A stretch of 18,167 nucleotides of DNA from a virus (taxonomy: Duplodnaviria; Heunggongvirae; Uroviricota; Caudoviricetes), in the IMG/VR virus record IMGVR_UViG_2657245521_000006. One strand, 5' to 3'. Of this stretch, positions 14,358-18,167 are shown piece after piece. The stretch's first letter is position 1. The number at the start of each line of letters is the position of its first letter. The position numbers were made by a program, and so were the translations under genes. Below the pieces are notes generated by a model that was not told the origin of the DNA, made no database searches, and saw only the letters and a list, made by a program, of their open reading frames with translations.

Positions 14358-17326
14358 GTGGTAATGCCGGAACGCTGGCGGTCAGTCTGCATGTGAACAG
14401 CGCCTCTTTCAAAGCCGACCTTATGGATGCTTATCAGACCGGCAGCCGTGAGGCCCGGCGATTTGCTGAGTCCACCCGCAGGGAAATGAAAGAGACCGGG
14501 GATGCCATCGGCAGTGTGGGTACCAGTGCCGGAGGGCTGGGACGCACTTTCGAAGGCCTTTCCTCGCGCCTGAAAACAGGAAGCGGCGGCTTTGATCAAC
14601 TGCGTAGTGCTCTCAATGGTTTTGCTGCCACGGGGAATGTGTCCGCCAGTACGCTGGCTAATGCCCTGGTACCGGCGATATCCCGGACGCTGACGGGGGC
14701 TGAACAACTGAAAGGTGTACTCGCGCAACAGCGGGACGCGTTCAGCAAAACCGCTCAGGCGGCATATGATGCCGCCCGGGCGCAAATCCAGTCGGCGCAG
14801 GCGGCAAAACAAAAAGCACTGGATGTGGCACAGAGCGCGGCAAAAGACTATGAAGCAGCGAAGGCTGTCGAAGAAAATGCCGTGGCGCTGGCGCGTCATT
14901 ACGATCAGCAGCAGAAAGTCAATAAAGAGTACGGTCTTGCGGTCAGTTACAGAGAGGAATACCGGAAGATAAACGCGCAGCTTAAAGAGTCAGACATGGC
15001 GGCCAGCGTCGCCAAACAACGGGTGGCTGCGGCGGGAAAGGCAGCGGCAGAAGCGGAGGCACTGGAAGCACTCGGAAAGTCGAAGCTCTCGGATGCCATG
15101 CGTCTTATCAGCGCCAGGAACTATGAGATTTCTCTGTCAGCGCGTGCCGCCGCCGCGGGTACCGCGTTGCTGAACGGTGCACTGGCGATGGTAGGCGGGC
15201 CGGTCGGTCTGGGGATTATTGCGCTGGTTTCTGGCGTGACGGCACTGTGGTCTGCCTACAGCAAAGCTGAAGAAAAAACGAAAGCCCTGAATGCGGCATT
15301 ACTGCAAGGCAATAGTGGCGCGTCACTCAGCCTGACCCGGATCCGGGCGCTGAATAAAAGCCTGGGTGACACGGATGGCTCCATGAAGGCAGTGACGGCC
15401 GCGGTTAAGGCCGGGTTCAGCGGCGAGATGCTGGATCGCGTGTCCTCACTCGGTAGCCAGCTGGAATCACTGGGGGGGAATGCTGATGAGCTGGTCCGAC
15501 AGCTGTCATCCATCAGTGGCGATCCGGTCAAAGCGATGCAGGATGCCACGCAGCAGGGGTACGAATTTAATGCTGCGCAGATAGAGCAGATTGCCACCCT
15601 GGCCCGCCTGGGTAAAACCGCCGAGGCGGTGGCGCTGGTGCAGAAAATCATGCTTGATGACGTTGCGGACAAAATGAAGGAGCAACAGCGTCAGACTGAG
15701 GAGAGCATTGGCTGGTGGGAGAAGCTGAAGAAAGCTGTTTCTGAAGGGCTTGAGGGCTACGCTTCAGCGCAGATTGAGACCAGTCGCGCGATGGCGGCCG
15801 CGGTGGGGGTGGATATTGATGAGCCCGCCCGAAAGCTCAAAGAGAAGCGGGACGAAGAGAAAAAACAGGAGGAAGACCGGGCTCAGGCCGCCCGTCAGCG
15901 CCAGGATGAGCAGAGCAAAGAAATCACCGCCCAGATAAATCTGGCCGCCTGGATCAAGGCCGGGACGGATAAAACCCGTCTTGCAGCAGAAGCCACCGCC
16001 GATCTCAGTACCCGCTATAAGGCCGGAAAAATCACCGCTGATGAGTACGCTTCTGCCCTGAGAGGGATAGACAAACTCTACGGTGATAAAAAAACCGGGG
16101 TGTCCGCCCATCAGGACAGCGAGGGTGTTCGCCGTCTGGCGCAACTGAAGCAACAGGAAGTGGTGCTGAAAGCGCAGGGGCGTGAAACGGAGCGGATGGG
16201 TGAAAGTCAGAAAAAATTACTGGCTTTTGAACAGGAAATCGCGTCTTACGCCGGGAAAAAACTGACAAAGGTCCAGGAAAGCGTACTGGCTATGCAGGAT
16301 CAACTGCGTGCCCAGCTTGAAACAAACGCAGCCCTGGAGAAGCAAAACGCACAACGTAATCTTGCCGTGACGCTTGAAAAGCAACTCCGGGATGTCAGGG
16401 AGGAAACGGCACGCCGTCAGCAGGAGCAGAATAACGCTGCTGCTCAGGTGACGATGAGCGACCGGGAATATGAGCAGATGGTCACCCTGCAACAGATCCG
16501 TGAGGATTTTGCGCAGAAACAGAAAGCGCTCGATGAGGAGGTAAAAGACCATTCATCAGTGCTTTACCAGGCACAGACACAGGCGCTTGCCGAAGAAATG
16601 CAGAGGCAGACTGAAATCGTCAAAAAAGGCGCCGAAGACAAAAAAGCGGCTGAGGAGGATTTTGCGGGAGCTGCCGCCGCAGGCATGAAGAACTGGATGG
16701 ACAAGGCCGGTAACTATGCACAGCAGATAAAGGACGCAGTGTCGAACGCCATGGACGGGCTGGCGGATAATATTGTCGCCACCCTTAACGGCAATAAAAG
16801 CTCATGGCGTGACTGGGGGACGATGATACTCCAGACCATTCAGAAAATTCTGGTGAATGCCGCGCTGGTTAACGGCCTGAAGGCACTGGGCGGATCACTG
16901 GGTGGTGCCGGAGGGATCCTGGGAGGGATTGGCAGTGCAATTTCCGGTGTGGTGGGTAATGCCCGGGGGGGCGTCTATGACTCTCCGGGACTCAGTGCTT
17001 ACAGCTCTACTGTCGTCGACAGGCCCACGCTGTTTCCGTTTGCCAAAGGGGCGGGACTGATGGGGGAAGCGGGGCCGGAAGCGATTATGCCGCTGACCAG
17101 AGACAGTAAAGGTCGTCTGGCCGTCACCGCGACGGGAATGGAAGGGACGGGAGGTGGCGTGGTGGTTAATCAGCAGTTCAGTGTGCACATACAGAATGAC
17201 GGCAGTAACGGTGAAATAGGCCCCGGCGCGCTGAAGATGGTGTATGAGATTGCCGAACAGGCAGCAATGAAAACACTGACTGTGCAGGGGCGTGATGGTG
17301 GCAGGCTGAGCGGAGCATACAGATGA
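14354..17326 (+). CDS. Tail tape measure protein (lambda gpH-like)
   Basis: 990 aa, Ala/Gln/Glu-rich coiled coil with Gly-rich C-terminal region; after G/GT and before gpM. Confidence 0.9.
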   Translation: MSGNAGTLAVSLHVNSASFKADLMDAYQTGSREARRFAESTRREMKETGDAIGSVGTSAGGLGRTFEGLSSRLKTGSGGFDQLRSALNGFAATGNVSASTLANALVPAISRTLTGAEQLKGVLAQQRDAFSKTAQAAYDAARAQIQSAQAAKQKALDVAQSAAKDYEAAKAVEENAVALARHYDQQQKVNKEYGLAVSYREEYRKINAQLKESDMAASVAKQRVAAAGKAAAEAEALEALGKSKLSDAMRLISARNYEISLSARAAAAGTALLNGALAMVGGPVGLGIIALVSGVTALWSAYSKAEEKTKALNAALLQGNSGASLSLTRIRALNKSLGDTDGSMKAVTAAVKAGFSGEMLDRVSSLGSQLESLGGNADELVRQLSSISGDPVKAMQDATQQGYEFNAAQIEQIATLARLGKTAEAVALVQKIMLDDVADKMKEQQRQTEESIGWWEKLKKAVSEGLEGYASAQIETSRAMAAAVGVDIDEPARKLKEKRDEEKKQEEDRAQAARQRQDEQSKEITAQINLAAWIKAGTDKTRLAAEATADLSTRYKAGKITADEYASALRGIDKLYGDKKTGVSAHQDSEGVRRLAQLKQQEVVLKAQGRETERMGESQKKLLAFEQEIASYAGKKLTKVQESVLAMQDQLRAQLETNAALEKQNAQRNLAVTLEKQLRDVREETARRQQEQNNAAAQVTMSDREYEQMVTLQQIREDFAQKQKALDEEVKDHSSVLYQAQTQALAEEMQRQTEIVKKGAEDKKAAEEDFAGAAAAGMKNWMDKAGNYAQQIKDAVSNAMDGLADNIVATLNGNKSSWRDWGTMILQTIQKILVNAALVNGLKALGGSLGGAGGILGGIGSAISGVVGNARGGVYDSPGLSAYSSTVVDRPTLFPFAKGAGLMGEAGPEAIMPLTRDSKGRLAVTATGMEGTGGGVVVNQQFSVHIQNDGSNGEIGPGALKMVYEIAEQAAMKTLTVQGRDGGRLSGAYR

Positions 17327-17667
17327 CAGCGCAACTGAAAACATTTCACTGGTCGCCCAGAGAAGGGATGAAGATGGCATCAAAGCCGTCTGTTGTCACG
17401 GTGAGATTTGGTGACGGGTATTCGCAGCGCAGGGCGGCAGGGCTGAATGCGCAACTGAAAACGTGGTCGCCGGTATTCCGGGTTCAGGGGGAAAGGGAGA
17501 TTCGCGCCCTGAACGATTTTCTGGATGCGCATGCAGGGTACCGGGCTTTTTTGTGGCGACCGCCGCTGGTGAACCGGCTGGTCAGAGTGATATGCCCTGA
17601 ATGGGATGTCAGCAATCTGGGGGGGTACACTGATTTCTCATGCAGGTTTGAGCAGGTCGTGATTTAA
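17323..17667 (+). CDS. Minor tail protein M (lambda gpM-like)
   Basis: 114 aa; ...VRFGDGYSQRRAAGLNAQLKTWSP...FLWRPP...FEQVVI closely parallels lambda M (...VRFGDGYSQRAPAGLNANLKTYS...FLWTPP...FEQVVN, memory); ATGA overlap with tape measure stop. Confidence 0.9.
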   Translation: MTAQLKTFHWSPREGMKMASKPSVVTVRFGDGYSQRRAAGLNAQLKTWSPVFRVQGEREIRALNDFLDAHAGYRAFLWRPPLVNRLVRVICPEWDVSNLGGYTDFSCRFEQVVI

Positions 17668-17697
17668 AGATCGAAGAATCGATCTTATCGATCGATA
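17667..17697 (+). repeat. Compound palindrome with three GATC sites right after the gpM stop (8-bp hairpin AAGATCGA/TCGATCTT plus 12-bp palindrome TATCGATCGATA)
   Basis: Read directly from sequence. Confidence 0.5.
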
Positions 17698-17737
17698 TAT
17701 TCAATTGAACTTATTCATCTGCGGGTGATGTTGTTCA

Positions 17738-17759
17738 GGCGCACGCCATGGTGCGCCTT
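17738..17759 (+). repeat. GC-rich hairpin (AGGCGCAC-GCCATG-GTGCGCCT) with no T-run
   Basis: 8-bp perfect inverted repeat with 6-nt loop; no flanking U-tract on either strand. Confidence 0.4.
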
Positions 17760-17785
17760 ATAAACAAAAACTGAAGGGAAACAAT

Positions 17786-18167
<382 letters not shown>

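Noticed and set aside
14144-14899. 251-aa minus-strand ORF across the GT extension and tape measure 5' end
   Set aside because: Antisense to the tape measure gene in GC-rich DNA; Arg/Ser/Gly-rich low-complexity product
14715-17383. Other ORFs inside the tape measure gene (14715..14972, 15256..15672, 15750..15938, 15764..16153, 16032..16268, 16217..16552, 16895..17383)
   Set aside because: Shadow ORFs within a 990-aa gene of clear identity
17738-17759. GC hairpin as an intrinsic terminator
   Set aside because: No U-tract on either strand; kept only as a repeat/structure, not a terminator

Overview
The window is a defective, mosaic lambdoid prophage segment, Enterobacteriaceae-like in composition and gene style, read almost entirely on the + strand. 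It runs: lysis cassette (holin, second membrane protein, GH19-type endolysin, overlapped i-/o-spanin pair), an AT-rich cargo island (~2143-4670), HNH endonuclease, terminase small and large subunits, portal, S49/lambda-C-like protease, HK97-type major capsid protein, head-tail joining genes, major tail protein, G/GT chaperones with a -1 frameshift site, tape measure protein and a lambda gpM-like minor tail protein. The tail module stops after gpM: palindromes, a short signal-peptide ORF and a partial IS3-family element follow instead of gpL/K/I/J. The most interesting part is the cargo island between the spanins and the packaging genes, the classic lambdoid moron position. It holds a minus-strand zinc-ribbon/DUF4145-like protein and a divergent, translationally coupled two-gene operon (small acidic protein plus 2-TM membrane protein), which I propose as candidate anti-phage defence or superinfection-exclusion cargo. 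All calls rest on reading the sequence and ORF translations and on remembered family signatures; no database search was run and GC values are by-eye estimates.
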